Below, piece by piece: positions 22,914-37,900 of a DNA stretch of 64,000 nt. The notes beneath the pieces are model-generated. The model saw only the letters and a list, made by a program, of their open reading frames with translations, had not been told where the DNA came from and ran no database searches. The stretch comes from Auanema rhodensis. Lineage: Eukaryota; Animalia; Nematoda. A program made the translations under genes and the position numbers. The stretch spans positions 7,006,001 to 7,070,000 of the forward strand of contig OZ059895.1 in assembly GCA_964057225.1 (NCBI GenBank), given 5' to 3'. Each line of letters starts with the position of its first letter. The stretch's first letter is position 1.

Positions 22914-25900
22914 GACCCAAAATGTTCATTGTTCAGACAATCTCAGTCTAGAGTTTTGAATGTTTTTCTGAACAGGAATACGGTGCACGTGCCATTTGCC
23001 TTGGGGTATTCATCTACATCTTTGGTTTAATTACCCAAGTTTGAGGTACTTTGATGATTCAACAAGGGTTACACCTGATGTTGAACTAAATTTTGGAAAG
23101 CTCACTATATGTGAGCAACATTGATATTTCATCTTTCTGAAGATTCTGAAGCTTGTCTATCTCTTGACCGAAAATGTTCATTGTTCAGACAATCTCAGTC
23201 TAGAATTTTGAATGTTCTTCTGAACAGGAATACGGTGCACGTGCCATTTGCCTTGGGGTATTCATCTTCATCTTTGGTTTAATTACCCAAGTTTGAGGTA
23301 CTTTGATGATTCAACAAGAGTTACACCTGATGTTGAACTAAATTTTGGAAAGCTCACTCTATGTGAGCAACATTGATATTTCATCTTTCTGAAGATTCTG
23401 AAGCTTGTCTATCTCTTGACCGAAAATGTTCATTGTTCAGACAATCTCAGTCTAGAGTTTTGAATGTTCTTCTGAACAGGAATACGGTGCACGTGCCACT
23501 TGCCTTGGGTTATTCATCATCATATTTGGTTTAATTACCCAAGTTTGAGGTACTTTGATGATTCAACAAGGGTTACACCTGATGTTGAACTAAATTTTGG
23601 AAAGCTCACTATATGTGAGCAACATTGATATTTCATCTTTCTGAAGATTATGAAGCTTGTCTATCTCTTGACCCAAAATGTTCATTGTTCAGACAATCTC
23701 AGTCTAGAATTTTGAATGTTCTTCTGAACAGGAATACGGTGCACGTGCCATTTGCCTTGGGGTATTCATCTTCATCTTTGGTTTAATTACCCAAGTTTGA
23801 GGTACTTTGATGATTCAACGAGGGTTACACCTGATGTTGAACTAAATTTTGGAAAGCTCACTCTATGTGAGCAACATTGATATTTCATCTCTCTGAAGAT
23901 TCTGAAGCTTGTCTATCTCTTGACCGAAAATGTTCATTGTTCAGAAAATCTCAGTCTAGAGTTTTGAATGTTCTTCTGAACAGGAATACGGTGCACGTGC
24001 CATTTGCCTTGGGGTATTCATCTTCATCTTTGGTTTAATTTCCCAAGTTTGAGGTACTTTGATGATTCAACAAGGGTTACACCTGAAGTTGAACTAAATT
24101 TTGGAAAGCTCACTATATGTGAGCAACATTGATATTTCATCTTTCTGAAGATTATGAAGCTTGTCTATCTCTTGACCCAAAATGTTCATTGTTCAGACAA
24201 TCTCAGTCTAGAATTTTGAATGTTCTTCTGAACAGGAATACGGTGCACGTGCCATTTGCCTTGGGGTATTCATCTTCATCTTTGGTTTAATTACCCAAGT
24301 TTGAGGTACTTTGATGATTCAACAAGGGTTACACCTGATGTTGAACTAAATTTTGGAAAGCTCACTATATGTGAGCAACATTGATTTTTCATCTTTCTGA
24401 AGATTCTGAAGCTTGTCTATCTCTTGACCCAAAATGTTCATTGTTCAGACAATCTCAGTCTAGAATTTTGAATGTTCTTCTGAACAGGAATACGGTGCAC
24501 GTGCCATTTGCCTTGGGGTATTCATCTTCATCTTTGGTTTAATTACCCAAGTTTGAGGTACTTTGATGATTCAACAAGGGTTACACCTGATGTTGAACTA
24601 AATTTTGGAAAGCTCACTACATGTGAGCAACATTGATATTTCATCTTTCTGAAGATTCTGAAGCTTGTCTATCTCTTGACCCAAAATGTTCATTGTTCAG
24701 ACAATCTCAGTCTAGAGTTTTGAATGTTCTTCTGAACAGGAATACGGTGCACGTGCCATATATCTTGGGGTATTCATCATCATATTTGGTTTAATTACCC
24801 AAGTTTGAGGTACTTTGATGATTCAACAAGGGTTACACCTGATGTTGAACTAAATTTTGGAAAGCTCACTATATGTGAGCAACATTGATATTTCATCTCT
24901 CTGAACATTCTGAAGCTTGTCTATCTCTTGACCGAAAATGTTCATTGTTCAGACAATCTCAGTCTAGAATTTTGAATGTTCTTCTGAACAGGAATACGGT
25001 GCACGTGCCATTTGCCTTGGGGTATTCATCTTCATCTTTGGTTTAATTACCCAAGTTTGAGGTACTTTGATGATTCAACAAGGGTTACACCTGATGTTGA
25101 ACTAAATTTTGGAAAGCTCACTATATGTGAGCAACATTGATATTTCATCTTTCTGAAGATTCTGAAGCTTGTCTATCTCTCGACCGAAAAAGTTCATTGT
25201 TCAGACAATCTCAGTCTAGAGTTTTGAATGTTCTTCTGAACAGGAATACGGTGCACGTGCCATTTGCCTTCGAGTATTCATCTTCATCTTTGGTTTAATT
25301 ACCCAAGTTTGAGGTACTTTGATGATTCAACAAGGGTTACACCTTATGTTGAACTAAATTTTGGAAAGCTCACTATATGTGAGCAACATTGATATTCCAT
25401 CTTTCTGAAGATTCTGAAGCTTGTCTATCTCTTGACCGAAAATGTTCATTGTTCAGACAATCTCAGTCTAGAGTTTTGAATGTTCTTCTGAACAGGAATA
25501 CGGTGCACGTGCCATATATCTTGGGGTATTCATCATCATATTTGGTTTAATTACCCAAGTTTGAGGTACTTTGATGATTCAACAAGGGTTACACCTGATG
25601 TTGAACTAAATTTTGGAAAGCTCACTATATGTGAGCAACATTGATATTTCATCTCTCTGAACATTCTGAAGCTTGTCTATCTCTTGACCGAAAATGTTCA
25701 TTGTTCAGACAATCTCAGTCTAGAATTTTGAATGTTCTTCTGAACAGGAATACGGTGCACGTGCCATTTGCCTTGGGGTATTCATCTTCATCTTTGGTTT
25801 AATTACCCAAGTTTGAGGTACTTTGATGATTCAACAAGGGTTACACCTGATGTTGAACTAAATTTTGGAAAGCTCACTATATGTGAGCAACATTGATATT

Positions 25901-28900
25901 TCATCTTTCTGAAGATTCTGAAGCTTGTCTATCTCTTGACCCAAAATGTTCATTGTTCAGACAATCTCAGTCTAGAGTTTTGAATGTTCTTCTGAACAGG
26001 AATACGGTGCACGTGCCATTTGCCTTGGGGTATTCATCTACATCTTTGGTTTAATTACCCAAGTTTGAGGTACTTTGATGATTCAACAAGGGTTACACCT
26101 GATGTTGAACTAAATTTTGGAAAGCTCACTATATGTGAGCAACATTGATATTCCATCTCTCTGAAGATTCGGAAGCTTGTCTATCTCTTTACCGGAAACT
26201 TTTATTGTTCAGACAATCTCAGTCTAGAGTTTTGAATGTTCTTCTGAACAGGAATACGGTGCACGTGCCATTTGCCTTGGGGTATTCATCTTCATGTTTG
26301 GTTTAATTACCCAAGTTTGAGGTACTTTGATGATTCAACAAGGGTTACACCTGATGTTGAACTAAATTTTGGAAAGCTCACTATATGTGAGCAACATTGA
26401 TATTTCATCTTTCTGAAGATTCTGAAGCTTGTCTATCTCTTGACCCAAAATGTTCATTGTTCAGACAATCTCAGTCTAGAGTTTTGAATGTTCTTCTGAA
26501 CAGGAATACGGTGCACGTGCCATTTGCCTTGGGGTATTCATCTTCATCTTTGGTTTAATTTCCCAAGTTTGAGGTACTTTGATGATTCAACAAGGGTTAC
26601 ACCTGAAGTTGAACTAAATTTTGGAAAGCTCACTATATGTGAGCAACATTGATATTTCATCTTTCTGAAGATTATGAAGCTTGTCTATCTCTTGACCCAA
26701 AATGTTCATTGTTCAGACAATCTCAGTCTAGAATTTTGAATGTTCTTCTGAACAGGAATACGGTGCACGTGCCATTTGCCTTGGGGTATTCATCTTCATC
26801 TTTGGTTTAATTACCCAAGTTTGAGGTACTTTGATGATTCAACAAGGGTTACACCTGATGTTGAACTAAATTTTGGAAAGCTCACTATATGTGAGCAACA
26901 TTGATTTTTCATCTTTCTGAAGATTCTGAAGCTTGTCTATCTCTTGACCCAAAATGTTCATTGTTCAGACAATCTCAGTCTAGAATTTTGAATGTTCTTC
27001 TGAACAGGAATACGGTGCACGTGCCATTTGCCTTGGGGTATTCATCTTCATCTTTGGTTTAATTACCCAAGTTTGAGGTACTTTGATGATTCAACAAGGG
27101 TTACACCTGATGTTGAACTAAATTTTGGAAAGCTCACTACATGTGAGCAACATTGATATTTCATCTTTCTGAAGATTCTGAAGCTTGTCTATCTCTTGAC
27201 CCAAAATGTTCATTGTTCAGACAATCTCAGTCTAGAGTTTTGAATGTTCTTCTGAACAGGAATACGGTGCACGTGCCATATATCTTGGGGTATTCATCAT
27301 CATATTTGGTTTAATTACCCAAGTTTGAGGTACTTTGATGATTCAACAAGGGTTACACCTGATGTTGAACTAAATTTTGGAAAGCTCACTATATGTGAGC
27401 AACATTGATATTTCATCTCTCTGAACATTCTGAAGCTTGTCTATCTCTTGACCGAAAATGTTCATTGTTCAGACAATCTCAGTCTAGAATTTTGAATGTT
27501 CTTCTGAACAGGAATACGGTGCACGTGCCATTTGCCTTGGGGTATTCATCTTCATCTTTGGTTTAATTACCCAAGTTTGAGGTACTTTGATGATTCAACA
27601 AGGGTTACACCTGATGTTGAACTAAATTTTGGAAAGCTCACTATATGTGAGCAACATTGATATTTCATCTTTCTGAAGATTCTGAAGCTTGTCTATCTCT
27701 CGACCGAAAAAGTTCATTGTTCAGACAATCTCAGTCTAGAGTTTTGAATGTTCTTCTGAACAGGAATACGGTGCACGTGCCATTTGCCTTCGAGTATTCA
27801 TCTTCATCTTTGGTTTAATTACCCAAGTTTGAGGTACTTTGATGATTCAACAAGGGTTACACCTTATGTTGAACTAAATTTTGGAAAGCTCACTATATGT
27901 GAGCAACATTGATATTCCATCTTTCTGAAGATTCTGAAGCTTGTCTATCTCTTGACCGAAAATGTTCATTGTTCAGACAATCTCAGTCTAGAGTTTTGAA
28001 TGTTCTTCTGAACAGGAATACGGTGCACGTGCCATATATCTTGGGGTATTCATCATCATATTTGGTTTAATTACCCAAGTTTGAGGTACTTTGATGATTC
28101 AACAAGGGTTACACCTGATGTTGAACTAAATTTTGGAAAGCTCACTATATGTGAGCAACATTGATATTTCATCTCTCTGAACATTCTGAAGCTTGTCTAT
28201 CTCTTGACCGAAAATGTTCATTGTTCAGACAATCTCAGTCTAGAATTTTGAATGTTCTTCTGAACAGGAATACGGTGCACGTGCCATTTGCCTTGGGGTA
28301 TTCATCTTCATCTTTGGTTTAATTACCCAAGTTTGAGGTACTTTGATGATTCAACAAGGGTTACACCTGATGTTGAACTAAATTTTGGAAAGCTCACTAT
28401 ATGTGAGCAACATTGATATTTCATCTTTCTGAAGATTCTGAAGCTTGTCTATCTCTTGACCCAAAATGTTCATTGTTCAGACAATCTCAGTCTAGAGTTT
28501 TGAATGTTCTTCTGAACAGGAATACGGTGCACGTGCCATTTGCCTTGGGGTATTCATCTACATCTTTGGTTTAATTACCCAAGTTTGAGGTACTTTGATG
28601 ATTCAACAAGGGTTACACCTGATGTTGAACTAAATTTTGGAAAGCTCACTATATGTGAGCAACATTGATATTCCATCTCTCTGAAGATTCGGAAGCTTGT
28701 CTATCTCTTTACCGGAAACTTTTATTGTTCAGACAATCTCAGTCTAGAGTTTTGAATGTTCTTCTGAACAGGAATACGGTGCACGTGCCATTTGCCTTGG
28801 GGTATTCATCTTCATGTTTGGTTTAATTACCCAAGTTTGAGGTACTTTGATGATTCAACAAGGGTTACACCTGATGTTGAACTAAATTTTGGAAAGCTCA

Positions 28901-31900
28901 CTATATGTGAGCAACATTGATATTTCATCTTTCTGAAGATTCTGAAGCTTGTCTATCTCTTGACCCAAAATGTTCATTGTTCAGACAATCTCAGTCTAGA
29001 GTTTTGAATGTTCTTCTGAACAGGAATACGGTGCACGTGCCATTTGCCTTGGGGTATTCATCTTCATCTTTGGTTTAATTACCCAAGTTTGAGGTACTTT
29101 GATGATTCAACAAGGGTTACACGTGATGTTGAACTAAATTTTGGAAAGCTCACTATATGTGAGCAACATTGATATTTCATCTTTCTGAAGATTATGAAGC
29201 TTGTCTATCTCTTGACCCAAAATGTTCATTGTTCAGACAATCTCAGTCTAGAATTTTGAATGTTCTTCTGAACAGGAATACGGTGCACGTGCCATTTGCC
29301 TTGGGGTATTCATCTTCATCTTTGGTTTAATTACCCAAGTTTGAGGTACTTTGATGATTCAACAAGGGTTACACCTGATGTTGAACTAAATTTTGGAAAG
29401 CTCACTATATGTGAGCAACATTGATATTTCATCTTTCTGAAGATTCTGAAGCTTGTCTATCTCTTGACCGAAAATGTTCATTGTTCAGACAATCTCAGTC
29501 TAGAGTTTTGAATGTTCTTCTGAACAGGAATACGGTGCACGTGCCATTTGCCTTGGGGTATTCATCTACATCTTTGGTTTAATTACCCAAGTTTGAGGTA
29601 CTTTGATGATTCAACAAGAGTTACACCTGATGTTGAACTAAATTTTGGAAAGCTCACTCTATGTGAGCAACATTGATATTTCATCTTTCTGAAGATTCTG
29701 AAGCTTGTCTATCTCTTGACCGAAAATGTTCATTGTTCAGACAATCTCAGTCTAGAGTTTTGAATGTTCTTCTGAACAGGAATACGGTGCACGTGCCACT
29801 TGCCTTGGGTTATTCATCATCATATTTGGTTTAATTACCCAAGTTTGAGGTACTTTGATGATTCAACAAGGGTTACACCTGATGTTGAACTAAATTTTGG
29901 AAAGCTCACTATATGTGAGCAACATTGATATTTCATCTTTCTGAAGATTATGAAGCTTGTCTATCTCTTGACCCAAAATGTTCATTGTTCAGACAATCTC
30001 AGTCTAGAATTTTGAATGTTCTTCTGAACAGGAATACGGTGCACGTGCCATTTGCCTTGGGGTATTCATCTTCATCTTTGGTTTAATTACCCAAGTTTGA
30101 GGTACTTTGATGATTCAACAAGGGTTACACCTGATGTTGAACTAAATTTTGGAAAGCTCACTATATGTGAGCAACATTGATTTTTCATCTTTCTGAAGAT
30201 TCTGAAGCTTGTCTATCTCTTGACCCAAAATGTTCATTGTTCAGACAATCTCAGTCTAGAATTTTGAATGTTCTTCTGAACAGGAATACGGTGCACGTGC
30301 CATTTGCCTTGGGGTATTCATCTTCATCTTTGGTTTAATTACCCAAGTTTGAGGTACTTTGATGATTCAACAAGGGTTACACCTGATGTTGAACTAAATT
30401 TTGGAAAGCTCACTACATGTGAGCAACATTGATATTTCATCTTTCTGAAGATTCTGAAGCTTGTCTATCTCTTGACCCAAAATGTTCATTGTTCAGACAA
30501 TCTCAGTCTAGAGTTTTGAATGTTCTTCTGAACAGGAATACGGTGCACGTGCCATATATCTTGGGGTATTCATCATCATATTTGGTTTAATTACCTAAGT
30601 TTGAGGTACTTTGATGATTCAACAAGGGTTACACCTGATGTTGAACTAAATTTTGGAAAGCTCACTATATGTGAGCAACATTGATATTTCATCTTTCTGA
30701 AGATTCTGAAGCTTGTCTATCTCTTGACCCAAAATGTTCATTGTTCAGACAATCTCAGTCTAGAGTTTTGAATGTTCTTCTGAACAGGAATACGGTGCAC
30801 GTGCCATTTGCCTTCGAGTATTCATCTTCATCTTTGGTTTAATTACCCAAGTTTGAGGTACTTTGATGATTCAACAAGGGTTACACCTGATGTTGAACTA
30901 AATTTTGGAAAGCTCACTATATGTGAGCAACATTGATATTTCATCTTTCTGAAGATTATGAAGCTTGTCTATCTCTTGACCCAAAATGTTCATTGTTCAG
31001 ACAATCTCAGTCTAGAATTTTGAATGTTCTTCTGAACAGGAATACGGTGCACGTGCCATTTGCCTTGGGGTATTCATCTTCATCTTTGGTTTAATTACCC
31101 AAGTTTGAGGTACTTTGATGATTCAACAAGGGTTACACCTGATGTTGAACTAAATTTTGGAAAGCTCACTATATGTGAGCAACATTGATATTTCATCTTT
31201 CTGAAGATTCTGAAGCTTGTCTATCTCTCGACCGAAAAAGTTCATTGTTCAGACAATCTCAGTCTAGAGTTTTGAATGTTCTTCTGAACAGGAATACGGT
31301 GCACGTGCCATTTGCCTTCGAGTATTCATCTTCATCTTTGGTTTAATTACCCAAGTTTGAGGTACTTTGATGATTCAACAAGGGTTACACCTTATGTTGA
31401 ACTAAATTTTGAAAAGCTCACTATATGTGAGCAACATTGATATTCCATCTTTCTGAAGATTCTGAAGCTTGTCTATCTCTTGACCGAAAATGTTCATTGT
31501 TCAGACAATCTCAGTCTAGAGTTTTGAATGTTCTTCTGAACAGGAATACGGTGCACGTGCCATATATCTTGGGGTATTCATCATCATATTTGGTTTAATT
31601 ACCCAAGTTTGAGGTACTTTGATGATTCAAGAAGGGTTACACCTGATGTTGAACTAAATTTTGGAAAGCTCACTATATGTGAGCAACATTGATATTTCAT
31701 CTTTCTGAAGATTATGAAGCTTGTCTATCTCTTGACCCAAAATGTTCATTGTTCAGACAATCTCAGTCTAGAATTTTGAATGTTCTTCTGAACAGGAATA
31801 CGGTGCACGTGCCATTTGCCTTGGGGTATTCATCTTCATCTTTGGTTTAATTACCCAAGTTTGAGGTACTTTGATGATTCAACAAGGGTTACACCTGATG

Positions 31901-34900
31901 TTGAACTAAATTTTGGAAAGCTCACTACATGTGAGCAACATTGATATTTCATCTTTCTGAAGATTCTGAAGCTTGTCTATCTCTTGACCCAAAATGTTCA
32001 TTGTTCAGACAATCTCAGTCTAGAATTTTGAATGTTCTTCTGAACAGGAATACGGTGCACGTGCCATTTGCCTTGGGGTATTCATCTTCATCTTTGGTTT
32101 AATTACCCAAGTTTGAGGTACTTTGATGATTCAACAAGGGTTACACCTGATGTTGAACTAAATTTTGGAAAGCTCACTACATGTGAGCAACATTGATATT
32201 TCATCTTTCTGAAGATTCTGAAGCTTGTCTATCTCTTGACCGAAAATGTTCATTGTTCAGACAATCTCAGTCTAGAATTTTGAATGTTCTTCTGAACAGG
32301 AATACGGTGCACGTGCCATATATCTTGGGGTATTCATCATCATATTTGGTTTAATTACCCAAGTTTGAGGTACTTTGATGATTCAACAAGGGTTACACCT
32401 GATGTTGAACTAAATTTTGGAAAGCTCACTATATGTGAGCAACATTGATATTTCATCTTTCTGAAGATTCGGAAGCTTGTCTATCTCTTGACCGAAAATG
32501 TTCATTGTTCAGACAATCTCAGTCTAGAATTTTGAATGTTCTTCTGAACAGGAATACGGTGCACGTGCCATATATCTTGGGGTATTCATCATCATATTTG
32601 GTTTAATTACCCAAGTTTGAGGTACTTTGATGATTCAACAAGGGTTACACCTGATGTTGAACTAAATTTTGGAAAGCTCACTATATGTGAGCAACATTGA
32701 TATTTCATCTTTCTGAAGATTCTGAAGCTTGTCTATCTCTTGACCGAAAATGTTCATTGTTCAGACAATCTCAGTCTAGAATTTTGAATGTTCTTCTGAA
32801 CAGGAATACGGTGCACGTGCCATATATCTTGGGGTATTCATCATCATATTTGGTTTAATTACCCAAGTTTGAGGTACTTTGATGATTCAACAAGGGTTAC
32901 ACCTGATGTTGAACTAAATTTTGGAAAGCTCACTATATGTGAGCAACATTGATATTTCATCTCTCTGAAGATTCGGAAGCTTGTCTATCTCTTGACCGAA
33001 AATGTTCATTGTTCAGACAATCTCAGTCTAGAATTTTGAATGTTCTTCTGAACAGGAATTCGGTGCACGTGCCATTTGCCTTGGGGTATTCAACTTCATT
33101 TTTGGTTTAATTACCCAAGTTTGAGGTACTTTGATGATTCAACAAGGGTTACACCTGATGTTGAACTAAATTTTGGAGAGCTCACTATATGTGAGCAACA
33201 TTGATATTTCATCTTTCTGAAGATTCTGAAGCTTGTCTATCTCTTGACCGAAAATGTTCATTGTTCAGACAATCTCAGTCTAGAATTTTGAATGTTCTTC
33301 TGAACAGGAATACGGTGCACGTGCCATATATCTTGGGGTATTCATCATCATATTTGGTTTAATTACCCAAGTTTGAGGTACTTTGATGATTCAACAAGGG
33401 TTACACCTGATGTTGAACTAAATTTTGGAAAGCTCACTATATGTGAGCAACATTGATATTTCATCTCTCTGAACATTCTGAAGCTTGTCTATCTCTTGAC
33501 CGAAAATGTTCATTGTTCAGACAATCTCAGTCTAGAATTTTGAATGTTCTTCTGAACAGGAATACGGTGCACGTGCCATTTGCCTTCGAGTATTCATCTT
33601 CATCTTTGGTTTAATTACCCAAGTTTGAGGTACTTTGATGATTCAACAAGGGTTACACCTGATGTTGAACTAAATTTTGGAAAGCTCACTATATGTGAGC
33701 AACATTGATATTTCATCTTTCTGAAGATTCTGAAGCTTGTCTATCTCTCGACCGAAAAAGTTCATTGTTCAGACAATCTCAGTCTAGAGTTTTGAATGTT
33801 CTTCTGAACAGGAATACGGTGCACGTGCCATTTGCCTTCGAGTATTCATCTTCATCTTTGGTTTAATTACCCAAGTTTGAGGTACTTTGATGATTCAACA
33901 AGGGTTACACCTTATGTTGAACTAAATTTTGGAAAGCTCACTATATGTGAGCAACATTGATATTCCATCTTTCTGAAGATTCTGAAGCTTGTCTATCTCT
34001 TGACCGAAAATGTTCATTGTTCAGACAATCTCAGTCTAGAGTTTTGAATGTTCTTCTGAACAGGAATACGGTGCACGTGCCATATATCTTGGGGTATTCA
34101 TCATCATATTTGGTTTAATTACCCAAGTTTGAGGTACTTTGATGATTCAAGAAGGGTTACACCTGATGTTGAACTAAATTTTGGAAAGCTCACTATATGT
34201 GAGCAACATTGATATTTCATCTTTCTGAAGATTCTGAAGCTTGTCTATCTCTTGACCGAAAATGTTCATTGTTCAGACAATCTCAGTCTAGAGTTTTGAA
34301 TGTTCTTCTGAACAGGAATACGGTGCACGTGCCATATATCTTGGGGTATTCATTATCATATTTGGTTTAATTACCCAAGTTTGAGGTACTTTGATGATTC
34401 AACAAGGGTTACACCTGATGTTGAACTAAATTTTGGAAAGCTCACTATATGTGAGCAACATTGATATTTCATCTCTCTGAACATTCTGAAGCTTGTCTAT
34501 CTCTTGACCGAAAATGTTCATCGTTCAGACAATCTCAGTCTAGAATTTTGAATGTTCTTCTGAACAGGAATACGGTGCACGTGCCATTTGCCTTGGGGTA
34601 TTCATCTTCATCTTTGGTTTAATTACCCAAGTTTGAGGTACTTTGATGATTCAACAAGGGTTACACCTTATGTTGAACTAAATTTTGGAAAGCTCACTAT
34701 ATGTGAGCAACATTGATATTTCATCTTTCTGAAGATTCTGAAGCTTGTCTATCTCTCGACCGAAAAAGTTCATTGTTCAGACAATCTCAGTCTAGAGTTT
34801 TGAATGTTCTTCTGAACAGGAATACGGTGCACGTGCCATTTGCCTTCGAGTATTCATCTTCATCTTTGGTTTAATTACCCAAGTTTGAGGTACTTTGATG

Positions 34901-37900
34901 ATTCAACAAGGGTTACACCTAATGTTGAACTAAATTTTGGAAAGCTCACTATATGTGAGCAACATTGATATTCCATCTTTCTGAAGATTCTGAAGCTTGT
35001 CTATCTCTTGACCGAAAATGTTCATTGTTCAGACAATCTCAGTCTAGAGTTTTGAATGTTCTTCTGAACAGGAATACGGTGCACGTGCCATATATCTTGG
35101 GGTATTCATCATCATATTTGGTTTAATTACCCAAGTTTGAGGTACTTTGATGATTCAAGAAGGGTTACACCTGATGTTGAACTAAATTTTGGAAAGCTCA
35201 CTATATGTGAGCAACATTGATATTTCATCTTTCTGAAGATTATGAAGCTTGTCTATCTCTTGACCCAAAATGTTCATTGTTCAGACAATCTCAGTCTAGA
35301 ATTTTGAATGTTCTTCTGAACAGGAATACGGTGCACGTGCCATTTGCCTTGGGGTATTCATCTTCATCTTTGGTTTAATTACCCAAGTTTGAGGTACTTT
35401 GATGATTCAACAAGGGTTACACCTGATGTTGAACTAAATTTTGGAAAGCTCACTACATGTGAGCAACATTGATATTTCATCTTTCTGAAGATTCTGAAGC
35501 TTGTCTATCTCTTGACCCAAAATGTTCATTGTTCAGACAATCTCAGTCTAGAGTTTTGAATGTTCTTCTGAACAGGAATACGGTGCACGTGCCATATATC
35601 TTGGGGTATTCATCATCATATTTGGTTTAATTACCCAAGTTTGAGGTACTTTGATGATTCAACAAGGGTTACACCTGATGTTGAACTAAATTTTGGAAAG
35701 CTCACTATATGTGAGCAACATTGATATTTCATCTCTCTGAACATTCTGAAGCTTGTCTATCTCTTGACCGAAAATGTTCATTGTTCAGACAATCTCAGTC
35801 TAGAATTTTGAATGTTCTTCTGAACAGGAATACGGTGCACGTGCCATTTGCCTTGGGGTATTCATCTTCATCTTTGGTTTAATTACCCAAGTTTGAGGTA
35901 CTTTGATGATTCAACAAGGGTTACACCTGATGTTGAACTAAATTTTGGAAAGCTCACTACATGTGAGCAACATTGATATTTCATCTTTCTGAAGATTCTG
36001 AAGCTTGTCTATCTCTTGACCGAAAATGTTCATTGTTCAGACAATCTCAGTCTAGAGTTTTGAATGTTCTTCTGAACAGGAATACGGTGCACGTGCCATA
36101 TATCTTGGGGTATTCATCATCATATTTGGTTTAATTACCCAAGTTTGAGGTACTTTGATGATTCAACAAGGGTTACACCTGATGTTGAACTAAATTTTGG
36201 AAAGCTCACTATATGTGAGCAACATTGATATTTCATCTCTCTGAACATTCTGAAGCTTGTCTATCTCTTGACCGAAAATGTTCATTGTTCAGACAATCTC
36301 AGTCTAGAATTTTGAATGTTCTTCTGAACAGGAATACGGTGCACGTGCCATTTGCCTTGGGGTATTCATCTTCATCTTTGGTTTAATTACCCAAGTTTGA
36401 GGTACTTTGATGATTCAACAAGGGTTACACCTGATGTTGAACTAAATTTTGGAAAGCTCACTACATGTGAGCAACATTGATATTTCATCTTTCTGAAGAT
36501 TCTGAAGCTTGTCTATCTCTTGACCGAAAATGTTCATTGTTCAGACAATCTCAGTCTAGAGTTTTGAATGTTCTTCTGAACAGGAATACGGTGCACGTGC
36601 CATATATCTTGGGGTATTCATCATCATATTTGGTTTAATTACCCAAGTTTGAGGTACTTTGATGATTCAACAAGGGTTACACCTGATGTTGAACTAAATT
36701 TTGGAAAGCTCACTATATGTGAGCAACATTGATATTTCATCTCTCTGAACATTCTGAAGCTTGTCTATCTCTTGACCGAAAATGTTCATTGTTCAGACAA
36801 TCTCAGTCTAGAATTTTGAATGTTCTTCTGAACAGGAATACGGTGCACGTGCCATTTGCCTTGGGGTATTCATCTTCATCTTTGGTTTAATTACCCAAGT
36901 TTGAGGTACTTTGATGATTCAACAAGGGTTACACCTGATGTTGAACTAAATTTTGGAAAGCTCACTATATGTGAGCAACATTGATATTTCATCTTTCTGA
37001 AGATTCTGAAGCTTGTCTATCTCTCGACCGAAAAAGTTCATTGTTCAGACAATCTCAGTCTAGAGTTTTGAATGTTCTTCTGAACAGGAATACGGTGCAC
37101 GTGCCATTTGCCTTCGAGTATTCATCTTCATCTTTGGTTTAATTACCCAAGTTTGAGGTACTTTGATGATTCAACAAGGGTTACACCTTATGTTGAACTA
37201 AATTTTGGAAAGCTCACTATATGTGAGCAACATTGATATTCCATCTTTCTGAAGATTCTGAAGCTTGTCTATCTCTTGACCGAAAATGTTCATTGTTCAG
37301 ACAATCTCAGTCTAGAGTTTTGAATGTTTTTCTGAACAGGAATACGGTGCACGTGCCATATATCTTGGGGTATTCATCATCATATTTGGTTTAATTACCC
37401 AAGTTTGAGGTACTTTGATGATTCAAGAAGGGTTACACCTGATGTTGAACTAAATTTTGGAAAGCTCACTATATGTGAGCAACATTGATATTTCATCTTT
37501 CTGAAGATTCTGAAGCTTGTCTATCTCTTGACCGAAAATGTTCATTGTTCAGACAATCTCAGTCTAGAGTTTTGAATGTTCTTCTGAACAGGAATACGGT
37601 GCACGTGCCATATATCTTGGGGTATTCATCATCATATTTGGTTTAATTACCCAAGTTTGAGGTACTTTGATGATTCAACAAGGGTTACACCTGATGTTGA
37701 ACTAAATTTTGGAAAGCTCACTATATGTGAGCAACATTGATATTTCATCTCTCTGAACATTCTGAAGCTTGTCTATCTCTTGACCGAAAATGTTCATTGT
37801 TCAGACAATCTCAGTCTAGAATTTTGAATGTTCTTCTGAACAGGAATACGGTGCACGTGCCATTTGCCTTGGGGTATTCATCTTCATCTTTGGTTTAATT

